64,000 bases of DNA from Candidatus Oxydemutatoraceae bacterium (GTDB lineage Bacteria; Pseudomonadota; Gammaproteobacteria; Poriferisulfidales; Oxydemutatoraceae). The notes under the pieces are model-generated. The model was not told the DNA's origin, searched no databases, and saw nothing but the letters and a program-made list of their open reading frames with translations. The stretch lies in contig CBDCOZ010000003.1 of NCBI GenBank assembly GCA_965220085.1, positions 1,344,001 through 1,408,000 of the forward strand, written 5' to 3'. Positions 40,675 through 51,794 of the stretch are shown here, piece after piece. The translations under genes were made by a program, and so were the position numbers. Numbering within the stretch: the stretch's first letter is position 1; every line of letters begins with the position of its first letter.

Positions 40675-40869
40675 GGGAATTATATGCCTGTGTATGCAAA
40701 ACAGCCTATCAGTCCGCAATCCTAAAATTGACTCCGGCCATTGCGCTGCTTTGCGCTCTGTTTCAAACATCTTATACAGTTCAAATAATCCGATTGTCTT
40801 TGCCTTTCTCTTTGCCATCGAAATACCCCTATTCAATGGTCTGATTGCATACACAGGCATATATTCCCC
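40675..40869 (-). mobile_element. 195-bp IS1595-derived MITE, copy 1
   Basis: About 25-bp terminal inverted repeats GGGAATTATATGCCTGTGTATGCAA / TTGCATACACAGGCATATATTCCCC. The interior encodes a transposase-like N-terminus MAKRKAKTIGLFELYKMFETERKAAQW. It differs from copy 2 at 3 positions. Confidence 0.85.
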
Positions 40870-40925
40870 GACCAATGACCAGTGTCAGGCAGACAGGTAT
40901 TTGACCGACACATGAACCGTACGCG

Positions 40926-41015
40926 CTCCCCTCGCAGGGGGGTCGCTCGCACTCAGCGCAAAGGCCGAGTCGCAGGCGAAGGACGGGTTGTCGGAGCTTG
41001 CAAGGAGAGTGGGGG
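40926..41015. repeat. GC-rich palindromic REP-like element downstream of hsdR
   Basis: Hairpin CCCCTCGCAGGGG with a distal GTGGGGG. Related CCCTCGCGGG cores occur at about 393 and 55648. Confidence 0.4.
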
Positions 41016-41062
41016 CAAACTCCCGCCGGTTGAAGTGCAGGTATTTACTGCTTGGGCATGGC

Positions 41063-44000
41063 TTAGCTACTCCAAGCAGTAGCGACTAGTTCGGCTTGTT
41101 GTAGCACCATCTGCACGGCAGCGTCCTGCAGGTCGGGTGGGTAGCCATACTCGCCCAGAATGCGCTTGACCAATAGTCGCATCTGCGCTCGTGCCGACTC
41201 GCGCTTAGCCCAGTCCACGCTGACATTCTTGCGCAGGGACTCCACCAGTTCATGGGCGATGACTAGTAATTGTTTGTTGCCCATCACCTCCACGGCGCTC
41301 TCGTTTTCAGCCAGTGCGTCGTAGAAGGCAACTTCTTCTTCGGACAGCCCCTGCTCTTCGCCGCGCCGCTGCGCCTCGCGCACTTCCTTCGCCAAGGCAA
41401 TTAACTCCTGTAGCGTTTCCACCGTGCTGATGGCGTTGGAGTGATAGCGCGCCATAGCGTCTTTCAACCGTTCAGAAAAAGCCCGTGATTCCACCATATT
41501 TACCTTGCTGCGCGAGCGAATCTGACCGTCCAGCAAACGCCGCAGCGCTTCCAACGCCAGATTCTTCTGCTCCATCTCCTGTATTTCCTGCAGGAACTCA
41601 TCGGATAAGATTGAAATCTCCTGAGTATGCAAACCAGCCGCTGCCAAAATATCTACAATCCCGGTAGAGATAGTTGCCCGACTGATTAGTTGCCGAATTA
41701 CTATCTCACGGTCAAGGTCTCGATTATCTTTGCCATCGCCACCAGATTGTCCTACGAGCACCTCGCGCACGGTCTGAAAAAATGCCACCTCTTCGCGGAT
41801 TTCCTGCGCTTCATCAAATGCCGCTGCCAGCGCAAAGGCCTTAGACAGCGCCAACACGGCATCCTGATAGCGTCGGCGCGCTCGCTTCTGTCCCTCCTCA
41901 GTCTCTTCCTTCTCTGCTGCCTCTCGTTGCGAGGCAAGTACCCACTCTGCGGCTCGCGCCAGTAGCTGCAACCGCGCTGTCTCATTCCCTTGCAATTCGG
42001 CCATGTAGTTGCCGAAGCCGTGGAAGATTCCGCGCACCACTTCGTAGCGTTGCTGCAACATTTGCAACACCTGTTCCTGATTGATACCGGTACTCTCCCG
42101 ATTGCGTTCGGTGTACTGCCCCAGTGCCTTCTTCAAATCCTGCGCTACGCCGATGTAATCCACCACCAGCCCCGCCTCTTTGCCGTGGAACACACGATTC
42201 ACCCGCGCAATTGCTTGCATCAGGCCATAGCCGTGCATCGGTTTGTCCATATAAAGAGTGTGCATACAAGGTGCGTCAAAGCCGGTCAGCCACATGTCGC
42301 ACACCAACACCAACCGTAACGAATCGTCGGGGTTGCGCGCGCGTCTGGCCATCCGTTCACGCCCACTGCTGTTGCGGATATGTTGTTGCCACTCCGGCGG
42401 ATCGCTGGCCGAGCCGGTCATGACCACTTTCACTACGCCGTTGCTGTCGTCCTCACTGTGCCAATCCGGTTGCAACGCCACAATCTGCCGGTATAACTCC
42501 ACACAGATGCGCCGGCTCATGCACACTGCCATCGCCTTGCCGTCCAGCGCTTCCAGCCGTCGCTCCAGATGATCTACCATGTCCTGTGCCACCATTGCCA
42601 GTCGCTGCTCACTACCCACCAACGCTTCCACGCTGGCCCATTGGCCTTTCAGACGCTCCTGTTCACGCACTTCTTCGTCCTCGGTTAGTGCATCCACCTC
42701 GGCGTCTAGGCGCTGCCGCTCGGTTTCGTCCAGTTTGATCCGAGCTAGCCGCGACTCGTAGTAAATCGGCACCGTGGCCTCGTCCTCTACCGCTCGGCTG
42801 ATGTCGTAGATGTCTATGTAGTTGCCGAACACCCCGGGCGTGTTCACGTCGTCCCGCTCAATAGGTGTTCCTGTAAAGCCGATGAAAGAGGCGTTGGGCA
42901 GAGCGTCTCTCATGTACTTGGCAAACCCGTAGGACACTTCGCCTGTTTTCTTATTCAACTTGGCACGAAAACCATATTGGCTACGGTGTGCCTCATCTGC
43001 AATCACCACGACATTGTTACGCTCTGTCAGTGGCTCCTCCGTTTCGCCAAACTTTTGCAGAGTGGTAAATATCACGCCGCCCGCTTCGCGCGACAGTTTG
43101 GCTTTCAGGTCATCGCGACCTTCGGCCTGCTCCGGGGTCTGTCGTAGCAGGTCGCTACAATCAGAGAAGGTCTGGAAAAGTTGTTCGTCCAAATCGTTGC
43201 GGTCGGTCAGAACCACCAAAGTAGGGTTGCGCATCTCCTGACTTTTTATCAGCTTGCCTGCGTAGAACGCCATCAGCAGGCTTTTGCCCGAACCCTGAGT
43301 ATGCCAGATTACCCCCGCACGTTTGTCGCCTTCGGGTTGCGTCCTTACGCTGGGCATGCCGTACTGCGCAGATTCTTCCGCAACCATTAACGGCTTCTTT
43401 TGCTGCTCCACTTCGCGGCTCGCGCGAATGGTAGACGCCAGTGCCCGATTCACCGCATGATACTGATGGTAGCCTGCCAAAAATTTCTTGCCACTCCCTG
43501 CAAACACAATGAAGTTGGCCAGCAGGTCCAACAACCGCTCCGGTGCAAAGACCCCCTCGGTTAGCACCTCTAACCCCGCTTTATCCTTGGGTGCGATATC
43601 CTTGCCGTCTGTAGTACGCCAAGGCATGAACCGCTCGCGCTGTGCTGTCAGCGATCCGATACGTGCATACACCCCGTTGGAGATTATCAAAAAGGCATTG
43701 GTGCGGAACAAATCCGGCACCTGATCTTTATAGGTCTGCAACTGGTTGTAAGCGGCACCGAACCAACCTTCCAAACCTGGCCGCTTCAATTCCACCACCG
43801 CTACCGGTAGCCCGTTTATGAACACCACCACATCGATACGGCGATGATACTTGCCCGAGATTACTGTGAACTGTTGCAACGCCAGCAGATCGTTGTTCTC
43901 TGGGTTGGCGAAATCTAATAGCTGCACACGCCCCCCGCGAACCTCGTCGTCCTCGTCCCGGTACTCCACCACCACGCCCTCCACCATCATTTGATGCAGA

Positions 44001-44263
44001 CGGCGGTTTTCCTCAAACAGCGATGGCAGGCTGTCCTGTACTACTTGGCGGACAGCACTTTTCCGAACATGTTCCGGTAGGTTCGGATTGAGCCGTTGCA
44101 CCGCTTCCCGCAGACGCGGCAGTAGTATGGTCTCGGCGTGAGTCTCGCGCTCGGGCTCGTCAGCATCGGGTCCGACTTCATCGGCGCACATGGTGGCATA
44201 CCCCAATGTGCGCAGTTGATTGAGGAGCACTTCCTCCACGCTGTCTTCCGGTAAAAAGGTCAT
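41063..44263 (-). CDS. hsdR: Type I restriction enzyme R subunit
   Basis: Nuclease motif [19 protein letters not shown], Walker [29 protein letters not shown] and QAIARVNR. Confidence 0.96.
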   Translation of the reverse strand: MTFLPEDSVEEVLLNQLRTLGYATMCADEVGPDADEPERETHAETILLPRLREAVQRLNPNLPEHVRKSAVRQVVQDSLPSLFEENRRLHQMMVEGVVVEYRDEDDEVRGGRVQLLDFANPENNDLLALQQFTVISGKYHRRIDVVVFINGLPVAVVELKRPGLEGWFGAAYNQLQTYKDQVPDLFRTNAFLIISNGVYARIGSLTAQRERFMPWRTTDGKDIAPKDKAGLEVLTEGVFAPERLLDLLANFIVFAGSGKKFLAGYHQYHAVNRALASTIRASREVEQQKKPLMVAEESAQYGMPSVRTQPEGDKRAGVIWHTQGSGKSLLMAFYAGKLIKSQEMRNPTLVVLTDRNDLDEQLFQTFSDCSDLLRQTPEQAEGRDDLKAKLSREAGGVIFTTLQKFGETEEPLTERNNVVVIADEAHRSQYGFRAKLNKKTGEVSYGFAKYMRDALPNASFIGFTGTPIERDDVNTPGVFGNYIDIYDISRAVEDEATVPIYYESRLARIKLDETERQRLDAEVDALTEDEEVREQERLKGQWASVEALVGSEQRLAMVAQDMVDHLERRLEALDGKAMAVCMSRRICVELYRQIVALQPDWHSEDDSNGVVKVVMTGSASDPPEWQQHIRNSSGRERMARRARNPDDSLRLVLVCDMWLTGFDAPCMHTLYMDKPMHGYGLMQAIARVNRVFHGKEAGLVVDYIGVAQDLKKALGQYTERNRESTGINQEQVLQMLQQRYEVVRGIFHGFGNYMAELQGNETARLQLLARAAEWVLASQREAAEKEETEEGQKRARRRYQDAVLALSKAFALAAAFDEAQEIREEVAFFQTVREVLVGQSGGDGKDNRDLDREIVIRQLISRATISTGIVDILAAAGLHTQEISILSDEFLQEIQEMEQKNLALEALRRLLDGQIRSRSKVNMVESRAFSERLKDAMARYHSNAISTVETLQELIALAKEVREAQRRGEEQGLSEEEVAFYDALAENESAVEVMGNKQLLVIAHELVESLRKNVSVDWAKRESARAQMRLLVKRILGEYGYPPDLQDAAVQMVLQQAELVATAWSS

Positions 44264-44394
44264 GAACTATTCAAAGGGGCTTGTCCCAATCTCAACAAGC
44301 AAAGGTGATTTTAGTATTGAGTGATTTAACGGTGGTCAAAGATTATTTTATACGGGTATTCGTTGATGAGTTCGGCGCAACCGCCAAGCTTTCA

Positions 44395-45162
44395 TCATGC
44401 GGCCAACTGTTCCTCTACCTGCTCTCGCTCTGACCATCGGACGGGATTAAGATTGTAGTTCTCCAAAGCTTCTACCACCACAGGCGAGACACTGTTGGCA
44501 TCATTCAGCACGGTGAATAAGAGGGAGTCATCTGCGCGGGTTTCTTTGGTGTCAATCCATTTGAAAACCAGGGCATTCACTGTATCTTTTTGGGGATTGG
44601 ACAGCGCTTGCAAAAGACGCTCGGGCTGTTTGCGTGATTTGGGGATGACAAAGTTGAACATGTGGTCATAGCTGCTCTTGCCAGTCAGCTTTATGTGCGG
44701 CGTATAGCGTATGCCTTTATGGTCCAGCCATTTGGTCACATCCTCCAGAAACAGGCTTTCCACATGGGGGGCGGCCAGATAGAACAGGTCGTTGACCGCC
44801 AGCATGGCTTGTATCATGTTGTGTTTGCGCAGGGGAAAGTTTTCCGCTGTAGCATGCACAGACAGTTGCTCGTCATCTATGCGCACACCAAACCCCGCCA
44901 GAGTCATCTTCAACAGTTGTTGTCGTTTGGGCGAATCCAGATTGCACCCGGAACTGGCGAGGTCGGATATGATGTAGCCATCGTCGGTCAGCACATAGCC
45001 GTTGCCATCCTTGCGGGCGTATATCTGCAGGCAGTCATTGTGGCGGTCCAGGTGCGGGGTAGTTATCTCCGCCAAGTCGTCATCTATCTGTTGCAAAACA
45101 GTCTTGTCTTGCAACCACTTTCTATACTCGGTCAGCAGACCTCGAATCTCTTCAACAATCAT
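44395..45162 (-). CDS. DUF1828/DUF1829-like protein (255 aa)
   Basis: EITTPHLDRHNDCLQIY...LTDDGY and GKSSYDHMFNFVIPKS motifs. The start is moved to ATG 45162, which forms an ATGA overlap with the upstream remnant. Confidence 0.75.
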   Translation of the reverse strand: MIVEEIRGLLTEYRKWLQDKTVLQQIDDDLAEITTPHLDRHNDCLQIYARKDGNGYVLTDDGYIISDLASSGCNLDSPKRQQLLKMTLAGFGVRIDDEQLSVHATAENFPLRKHNMIQAMLAVNDLFYLAAPHVESLFLEDVTKWLDHKGIRYTPHIKLTGKSSYDHMFNFVIPKSRKQPERLLQALSNPQKDTVNALVFKWIDTKETRADDSLLFTVLNDANSVSPVVVEALENYNLNPVRWSEREQVEEQLAA

Positions 45163-45254
45163 GCCAGCAAACCTCCTGATATGTACGGGTGACAATAATT
45201 ACAGAATTCCATGAAATCTTCAAGCACCTGCAGAGCATTGCCGGGATTACTGAA
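45159..45254 (-). pseudogene. C-terminal remnant of the usual upstream partner of DUF1828 genes (DUF6978-like)
   Basis: FSNPGNALQVLEDFMEFCNYCHPYISGGLLA* has its stop overlapping the next ATG and is preceded by an in-frame TAA. The family assignment is from recollection of the motif only. Confidence 0.4.
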
Positions 45255-45273
45255 TTAACCCATCAACAATGAT

Positions 45274-46969
45274 TCAGGATCTAAGATCCTGCACTATCTG
45301 CTCGATATCCCTGCCTTTCGAATCTTTATGCTTGGGGCCCTTGGAGCCCCTCCACTTATCCCAAATGTTAACCGTCGCGCTATTGGGATGTATCCTCGGC
45401 TTGTTCAACTGCACCCGGCTGGGCAAAAGGGAGGCATCCCCAACAACCAGTGCCTCCCCAATATCCAAGATAGGCAACAGGGCGGCGAAGTTACCCATGT
45501 TGTCTGGGAAAAGCCTCCTAATCACATTTTGATCGTCGGCATTGGATAGCCGCATAGCCATGAAATTGCCGCACTGGCTCAACACAGCCTTGCTAACATC
45601 AGCTGGCCGCTGGCTAATGACGACCAAAGCCACACCGTACTTGCGGCCTTCCTTAGCCACCCTCTCAAAATTCTGCAAGCCCCTGGCCTCCATGCTCCTG
45701 TCCGTGGAAGCCGGGATGTACAAGTGAGCTTCGTCGCAGAACATCGCCACCGGATGCCTGAAGCCCTCCTTCGTACGCTGTTGCACAGTGAATATCAAGC
45801 GTACTAGCAATCCCATAACCAGCGGGAGTATGTCAGAAGGAACTTCGGAAAAATCCACAATTTTTATCCCGGTTCCGTTGCCAAAATCCAGAAGTTCCCT
45901 GAGTAGGGATGCCAACCAACCCTTGTCCAGCAACTTCTCGTCTTGGCAGAAGATGAGGTTTAGCCTCCGATCTGCCCTCTTGCTATTCAGCCTTTGGATG
46001 AAGCGCGTCAGCTTGCCATGGAGGGGGCCCTGCTTCGGCCCCCTCTGACCAGACACCATCTCTTCGTCGAGTTCAATGAGTTTCCCCAACAGATCCGAGA
46101 GCTTGTAGGGATATGGGGCTATCTATCGTGAAATCCTCCGGCATGTCGGAGCCCAAGAACTCTCTAGCCCACCCCCTCTTCAAGTCAATGATGTTATCCA
46201 AGAGGACCCTAGACTGGTTCGGGGCATTGCTGTCGCTCCTATCCAGAAGGAAATCCTCCATCTCTTCATACGAAAAAAGCCAATAGGGAAGGAAGACAAC
46301 CCCGCCTCCAGGCTTATCAGTAGGCCCCGCGATCTTGAGTAAGCATGTGTTCGGAAGATCTTTCAGGGGACTATACTCGCCGTGCAGGTCAAAAACTATG
46401 CAATTTACATCCCGTAATTTCGACGCTTGCTCCAAGATGTTCGCAACAGTCCAGGATTTGCCCGACCCGGTACCCCCAACGATTACAGCATGGCGCTGGA
46501 AGAATTTATTTCCATCAAGTCTGGCATCCGATTCTGCAGATATCGCGTATTTTCCCAGCTCCAGAGATTGCTGATTCTGAGTAGTTATGGCATTCATAAA
46601 CTTAGTTAGGTCACTCCCCTTGACAAGGTGGCAAGCGGCACTGACACTGGGCACTGTCCTCAGAGTGCGCTTGAACACATTCTTATCAGTGCCATCCCTC
46701 TCTATGAGGGTGCCCACCAAACTAACAAGCACAGCATTCTCAACTTCCTCTTCACCGTCTCCCCCGGGAACCTCGGCTCCACTGGAGAAAGGCTTCCTGA
46801 CAATCTTGGTGACAAGGCCTATAATGTGTTCATTCGTCCGGCTGGATTGGACTCGAACAATCTGATTCACCTGCACACTGTTCAACACTTCATCATTCTT
46901 TACTTCTACCGATACATTGCCAGTGTCAACACTCCGCACTTTCCCGATGCTCTCACCTTCGGTCCACAT
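45274..46969 (-). pseudogene. herA: HerA/DUF87 ATPase of a Sir2-HerA system, split by a 1-nt frameshift near 46111
   Basis: The N-terminal ORF has a HAS-barrel-like start and Walker A GGTGSGKS. The C-terminal ORF has Walker B MFCDEAH, KEGRKYG and SQRP. Deleting one base at about 46111 gives TIDSPIPYKLSDLLGKLIELD and a 564-aa protein. Confidence 0.88.
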
Positions 46970-46978
46970 ATCCGTCTC

Positions 46979-47959
46979 CTAAAAGATGTCCTTTACAAAA
47001 CTGTCGGGTTGCCAGTAAGCACCCTCCAAAACTTCTTCTATTATATCGCTACCCAGTGTTCTGTGCTTGATGGTCACCTTCGTCTCGCCATTGCCCGCAC
47101 CCTCCAAGTATGCAAACTGATTTGCGCTACTGCACAGCTTGTTCAACTGGGGTGTTGTAGCCTTTGTGATGGACACGAGCGGGATACCCTGCTGAATCCG
47201 CTCTTTCACCTTCGGAGTCAAATGCTCGTCATTGAACCCGAACCCGACGAGGAGCAGGCTCCTTGCTTTCTCAATGCATTCATCAGACAAGTGCACAAGG
47301 TCTCTGTAGGGCATGCCCACCGTCTCTTGATACTTTTCTCTGCCTGGGAGAACAATTTGGGGGAAGCCATGGGGTGCGCAATACTCTCTGCCATCCGCAA
47401 TGTGTCGGGTTAAGCCACCAATATCCCACCAATTCAACGAGCCATGTACCTTTATGAGCCGAACCCCATTTTTGGGGAAGCCGTTCCTACCCCTAAATGC
47501 TGAGAGATTCTTCCCGTTAAATCCGTCGCTGTACGATATGCCGTAGTAAGAAAGAGTGTGTTCCAGCACCCTGTCGTAGTTTGTGGTTACGATGGTCAGA
47601 GACTCTGGGTAGGATTCTACGAACTTCTGCACTAACTCCCTCACACTGTGCAACCTTTCTTTCCCCCTCAGAAGCCCTTCCAGAATCCTCATATCCGCTT
47701 CATGCACCGCTTGCCAAATAACCTCCTTCATCTGCGGGAGTAACTCGCGGTACTTGTCCTTCCCCAGCTCAGCCTCCAGATTCACCCCTTCGTCGGGTTG
47801 GTAGCCCTCAATCCTATCTTTCAGGATTTCGTGGAGCTCACCCATAGTGGGCAAGCCAAATGGTGCTGTGGCACCTGAACCCCAGACAATGACGGGTGGG
47901 TTGCCAAGCATATCCTGAATGGCCTTAAATATCATGGATATGTCTTGGGAATTATTCAT
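46979..47959 (-). CDS. SIR2-family (SIR2_2) NADase, partner of HerA
   Basis: Motifs VIVWGSGAT, IVTTNYDRVLE, LIKVHGSLNW and GFGFNDEH. Start MNNSQD overlaps the hsdS stop. Confidence 0.9.
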   Translation of the reverse strand: MNNSQDISMIFKAIQDMLGNPPVIVWGSGATAPFGLPTMGELHEILKDRIEGYQPDEGVNLEAELGKDKYRELLPQMKEVIWQAVHEADMRILEGLLRGKERLHSVRELVQKFVESYPESLTIVTTNYDRVLEHTLSYYGISYSDGFNGKNLSAFRGRNGFPKNGVRLIKVHGSLNWWDIGGLTRHIADGREYCAPHGFPQIVLPGREKYQETVGMPYRDLVHLSDECIEKARSLLLVGFGFNDEHLTPKVKERIQQGIPLVSITKATTPQLNKLCSSANQFAYLEGAGNGETKVTIKHRTLGSDIIEEVLEGAYWQPDSFVKDIF

Positions 47960-49637
47960 TGTGCGCCTCCTCACACCGCACATGCCCCATACTGACTCTC
48001 TGTGCGCCAGAGAGAAAGCGGGGGAGCATTGTATCGCGGGTGCTGGACAGTGTGCAAGAGGTGCGCTCGTTCAGCTCCACTTGGCTGTCCCAGGGGGCGC
48101 ACAGTTGCTCAAAGGCTTGTATGACTGTCTGGGGTGGGTTGATGCATGGGATGGCCTGGAAGTCCTTTTTGCTGATGGAGCCGAATACAGTGCCCTCATC
48201 CTTGTAGGGTGCGAAGATGTGGGCGAGGCTGCGCATGAAGTGGTAGGTGTAGGAGCGGCTGTCGGATTTGTGGCGTATCGCCGCCACTCCTCGGCCTATG
48301 GCGCAATCCTCAAGGGCCATATTGATGTCGCCTACGGGTGCCCGGACACTAACCAGGGTGTCGCCAGCATTGGCCAGTCTGGTCGGCTCTGTGCAGTAGA
48401 TCCTTTTGCCGGGGAACCTGAATTGGAAGTCCGCCCGGCCCTGATAGAAGGGCAGGCCGTCCCCGGTCTCGTTGTAGCTTTTGCTTGGCGGGGATTGCCC
48501 CATTGTCAGGTCAAATGTGTCACCTATCCGGCCTGTTTGCCAGCCGGCGGGGATGGGGCCTTGCTCGGATTCTTCAAAGCGGTTGGGGAATAGGGCGGAT
48601 ATGTGGGCGGGCAGGCCGGGGTCTTGGCCTGCGACTTTGGCGTGGACGGGATCAAAGTCTATGAACCAACTCTTGAAAAGAGCCTGAGCCATGGCTTCCA
48701 AGGTTTCGCTCATGCGGCGGTTGAGTTCTATCTTGTCGTCCAGTGTGCCGAGGATGTGGGCTATGGCGCGCTGCTCTTGCATTGGTGGCAGATGGAACTT
48801 GTATCTTTTGACCTGGTCCAAAGTGACCCTTTGCCTGCCAGAGGTGCCCGTCATGGATTGTATGGCCACATTTCTGAATGGCTGTGATATGGCAAGATAG
48901 TACAGGAATTGGCAGTCTGATACTCCAAGCTTTTCGCGTAGTACTATAAACTCCGTAGAGCCAAAGGCTACTTCATCAGCATCTAAGCAATCCACGAATG
49001 CTGTTTTGCCATTCTCCAGGCATGGAGTTATGCGGGCTATCAGAGTGTCTCCATTTCTAAATTTTGCGCCCCCCCTGTAATCTCGCACTACATGCTTGGC
49101 AATCTTTTTAGTGAAAGGTAGCAAGGCATCCATATCAATCTTTTTGAAGTGTTGCCCTTTGGGCAAGGCTTCGCGAGGGTTAATGTGGGCGGCATCTTGC
49201 AGGGCTACTTCACACCATTCGCTAGGTGAGGTGGTATTGTCGCTCATGATTTGCCTCGGTGCAGGATTGTGTGGTCCCACTCTATCTCCTGATGGAAGTG
49301 TTTGGGCAGGCACTTTGCCGTTTACCTTTTGCAGAATGAAGTGCTCCCGTTCAATGCTCTTGTGGAAACTCTCCGGCACTTCATCCCAAACAAAAAAATC
49401 AACTGTGAATGGTAGGTCACTTTCTTCAAAGGCTTCCTTGAGGAGCATGACATCCGTTGCTTGCTCTGGTGTAGCAAAAGCCACCATGTCCAGATCGGAG
49501 TCGGGACGCGAACTGAATTTGACGCGGGAACCGTAAGCCCAGACTTCGGTGTTGGGGAGATGCTTCCGAAGCAGTTTTTTGACAAGCTTGAGTTGCCCGG
49601 GGGTCAGGTCTATGTTGCCCAGCGTGCCGCCTTTCAC
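47952..49637 (-). CDS. hsdS: Fusion of a minimal nucleotidyltransferase (MNT antitoxin) to a type I RM specificity subunit
   Basis: The GTG start overlaps the HEPN stop (GTGA). N-terminal VWAYGSRVKFSSRPDSDLDM is followed by HsdS motifs ARITPCLENGK, PPMQEQRAIAHILGTLDDKIELN, AQALFKSWF and TRDTMLPRFLSG. Confidence 0.9.
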   Translation of the reverse strand: MKGGTLGNIDLTPGQLKLVKKLLRKHLPNTEVWAYGSRVKFSSRPDSDLDMVAFATPEQATDVMLLKEAFEESDLPFTVDFFVWDEVPESFHKSIEREHFILQKVNGKVPAQTLPSGDRVGPHNPAPRQIMSDNTTSPSEWCEVALQDAAHINPREALPKGQHFKKIDMDALLPFTKKIAKHVVRDYRGGAKFRNGDTLIARITPCLENGKTAFVDCLDADEVAFGSTEFIVLREKLGVSDCQFLYYLAISQPFRNVAIQSMTGTSGRQRVTLDQVKRYKFHLPPMQEQRAIAHILGTLDDKIELNRRMSETLEAMAQALFKSWFIDFDPVHAKVAGQDPGLPAHISALFPNRFEESEQGPIPAGWQTGRIGDTFDLTMGQSPPSKSYNETGDGLPFYQGRADFQFRFPGKRIYCTEPTRLANAGDTLVSVRAPVGDINMALEDCAIGRGVAAIRHKSDSRSYTYHFMRSLAHIFAPYKDEGTVFGSISKKDFQAIPCINPPQTVIQAFEQLCAPWDSQVELNERTSCTLSSTRDTMLPRFLSGAQRVSMGHVRCEEAHNE

Positions 49638-50050
49638 GCCCAATCTTCTCCGGTCATGTTCTTGTAAAGCATTATGGCATCTTCCACAAAAGCTGCCATG
49701 GATGACAGTGCAGATTGGGCTTTCTCGCCGTTGTAGTCGTGTGTGGTGTCGATGCGCATCTGTATGTATTGGAACCATTGTTCCACGGAGGGTTGTAGCA
49801 GCCCATGTTTATGAGCCAGGCGCGCCAGCGGCTTGGGGCCTGTGGGCACATCGGATAATCCCGTCTCCTCTTCCAGGTGCCGCTTTGCGACTTTCCAGAG
49901 GCAGTCGTAGCACACTTCAAAGCGCTGGATCACGGATTCGGCTATGCCGTCCTTGTTCCATTGAGGCCAGCTGTCGTCCATGGAGTTGTAATGCTGCAGT
50001 TGCTCCTCCAGGTTTTTGAGCGAGAGCTTAAAATTGTTGTAGTCAATCAT
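49634..50050 (-). CDS. HEPN-domain protein (HI0074 / nucleotidyltransferase substrate-binding family), putative RNase toxin
   Basis: [16 protein letters not shown] and an intact RX4H motif (RIDTTH-DY). It lies directly upstream of the MNT. Confidence 0.88.
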   Translation of the reverse strand: MIDYNNFKLSLKNLEEQLQHYNSMDDSWPQWNKDGIAESVIQRFEVCYDCLWKVAKRHLEEETGLSDVPTGPKPLARLAHKHGLLQPSVEQWFQYIQMRIDTTHDYNGEKAQSALSSMAAFVEDAIMLYKNMTGEDWA

Positions 50051-51603
50051 CGGGTGTCCTCCCAGAATCCCAAACTCTTAAGATTGCGACGGATAGCTTC
50101 GTCCAGTTTCCGAGCCTCGGTCTGTTGCTCGCGCAGTTGCGTACTCAATCGTCGCATTTTATCCTCAAACGGCTCATCGTCCTCCTCGGCGGGCGCCATG
50201 CCGACATAGCGACCGGGGGTGAGCACGAAGTCGTGGTGGCGGATCTCGTCCAAGTCGGCTGATTTGCAAAATCCCGGTTCGTCCTCGTAGGTGCCGTCCT
50301 TCTCTTCGCCGCGCCATGCGTGGTAGGTGCGGCTGATTTTGGCGATCTCCTTATCGCTCAATTCCTTGCGGTTGCGGGTCACCATCTCTCCCATCTCGCG
50401 GGCGTCAATAAACAGCGTCTGACCTCTGCGGTCACGCCAATCTTTCGGGTTTTTGTTGCGCGCGAGGAACCACAGGCAGACCGGAATCTGAGTGGAGTGG
50501 AAGAGTTGTCCCGGTAGTGCCACCATGCAATCCACGACATCCTTGTTCACCATGCCCTCGCGTATCGCCACCTCGGCGGTAGCGGAAGTAGACATGGAGC
50601 CGTTAGCCAACACGATGCCAGCCATGCCCTTTTTCGGTCTCAGGTGGTAGTGGATATGCTGTAGCCAAGCATAGTTAGAATTTCCGGTCGGCGGGGTGCC
50701 GAATGTCCAGCGCGGGTCATCCTTCAGGCGCTCGCCGCCCCAGTCGGAATCGTTGAACGGCGGATTAGCCAGTATGTAATCACTTTTTAGGTCTGGGTGT
50801 GCGTCTTTGTGGAAACTGCCCTCATTGTTCCAGTCGATATCCGCTTCAATACCTCGCACCGCCAGATTCATCTTGGCTAAACGCCAAGTGGTGCGATTGG
50901 ATTCCTGACCGTAGATGGCAATATCTTTTTTATGTCCGCCGTGTTCCTCAACAAACTGCTCCGATTGCACGAACATACCGCCCGAACCGCAGCAGGGGTC
51001 GTACACGCGACCCTTGAACGGTTCCAACATCTCCACCAACAGGCGTACCACCGTGCGAGGAGTGTAATATTCTCCGCCATCAGTATTAGCGAACTTGGCT
51101 AGAAAGTATTCATACACGCGTCCCAGCACATCTTCAGAGCCGTTGCTCTCGGTAGTCAATTCAATGTTCGTGACCTGATCGATTAGGCTACCCAGCATCT
51201 GGCTTCTGAGGTTAGGACGACTGTAATCTTTGGGGAGTACACCTTTCAGCGACTTGTTCTCCCTTTCTATCGCTCGCATGGCGGTGTCTATCAGTTCGCC
51301 GATGTTCGGTTCGCGGGCTTTGTCACGCAGAAGGGACCAGCGCGCCCTTTTCGGCACCCAGAATATGTTTTCGGCGAGATATTCGTCCCTGTCTTCGGCT
51401 CGTTTCTTACTATCAGCCAGCAGTTTTGCGTGTTTGGCTTCAAAGGTGTGGGAGATATGGCGCAGGAAAATCAAGCCCAACACTACATGCTTATACTCCG
51501 ATGGGTCCATGTTGCCGCGCAGAGTGTCCGCAGCTTTGAACAGGTCGGCTTCTATGTTCAATCCGGAGCCGTTGCCCGGAGCCATTGCTTTCTTCTTTGC
51601 CAT
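50047..51603 (-). CDS. hsdM: Type I RM N6-adenine methyltransferase subunit
   Basis: [47 protein letters not shown] and LTPGRYVG. The likely start is MAKKKA at 51603. Confidence 0.96.
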   Translation of the reverse strand: MAKKKAMAPGNGSGLNIEADLFKAADTLRGNMDPSEYKHVVLGLIFLRHISHTFEAKHAKLLADSKKRAEDRDEYLAENIFWVPKRARWSLLRDKAREPNIGELIDTAMRAIERENKSLKGVLPKDYSRPNLRSQMLGSLIDQVTNIELTTESNGSEDVLGRVYEYFLAKFANTDGGEYYTPRTVVRLLVEMLEPFKGRVYDPCCGSGGMFVQSEQFVEEHGGHKKDIAIYGQESNRTTWRLAKMNLAVRGIEADIDWNNEGSFHKDAHPDLKSDYILANPPFNDSDWGGERLKDDPRWTFGTPPTGNSNYAWLQHIHYHLRPKKGMAGIVLANGSMSTSATAEVAIREGMVNKDVVDCMVALPGQLFHSTQIPVCLWFLARNKNPKDWRDRRGQTLFIDAREMGEMVTRNRKELSDKEIAKISRTYHAWRGEEKDGTYEDEPGFCKSADLDEIRHHDFVLTPGRYVGMAPAEEDDEPFEDKMRRLSTQLREQQTEARKLDEAIRRNLKSLGFWEDTR

Positions 51604-51637
51604 ATTGATTCTCTGATGCAATTCCGCTGGGTGCGGC

Positions 51638-51666
51638 GTATATATTAAGCGGTCAGTGTAGCATGG
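51638..51666 (-). promoter_or_regulatory. Putative hsdM promoter (extended -10 TGcTACACT); 29-bp identical copy at 55369-55397
   Basis: GTATATATTAAGCGGTCAGTGTAGCATGG occurs twice, each time upstream of an ATGGCAAAGAAGAAAGCAATGGCT start. Confidence 0.55.
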
Positions 51667-51794
51667 TACAGCGCAGTTATTTATGGTGCTGTGGGAAAGC
51701 AATAATATTGCTTTCCTCATCAGGTGCTAATCATTTTCCCCTCTCTGATTCGCCTGCAGGGATGGTGCAAGAGGAGAGTTGTTTGCTTGCATTG

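Noticed and set aside
49638-49778. ORF-track N-terminal extensions (hsdS from 49778, hsdM from 51720, MNT from 52371)
   Set aside because: They overlap upstream genes or promoters. The downstream starts give canonical stop/start overlaps and family-like N-termini.
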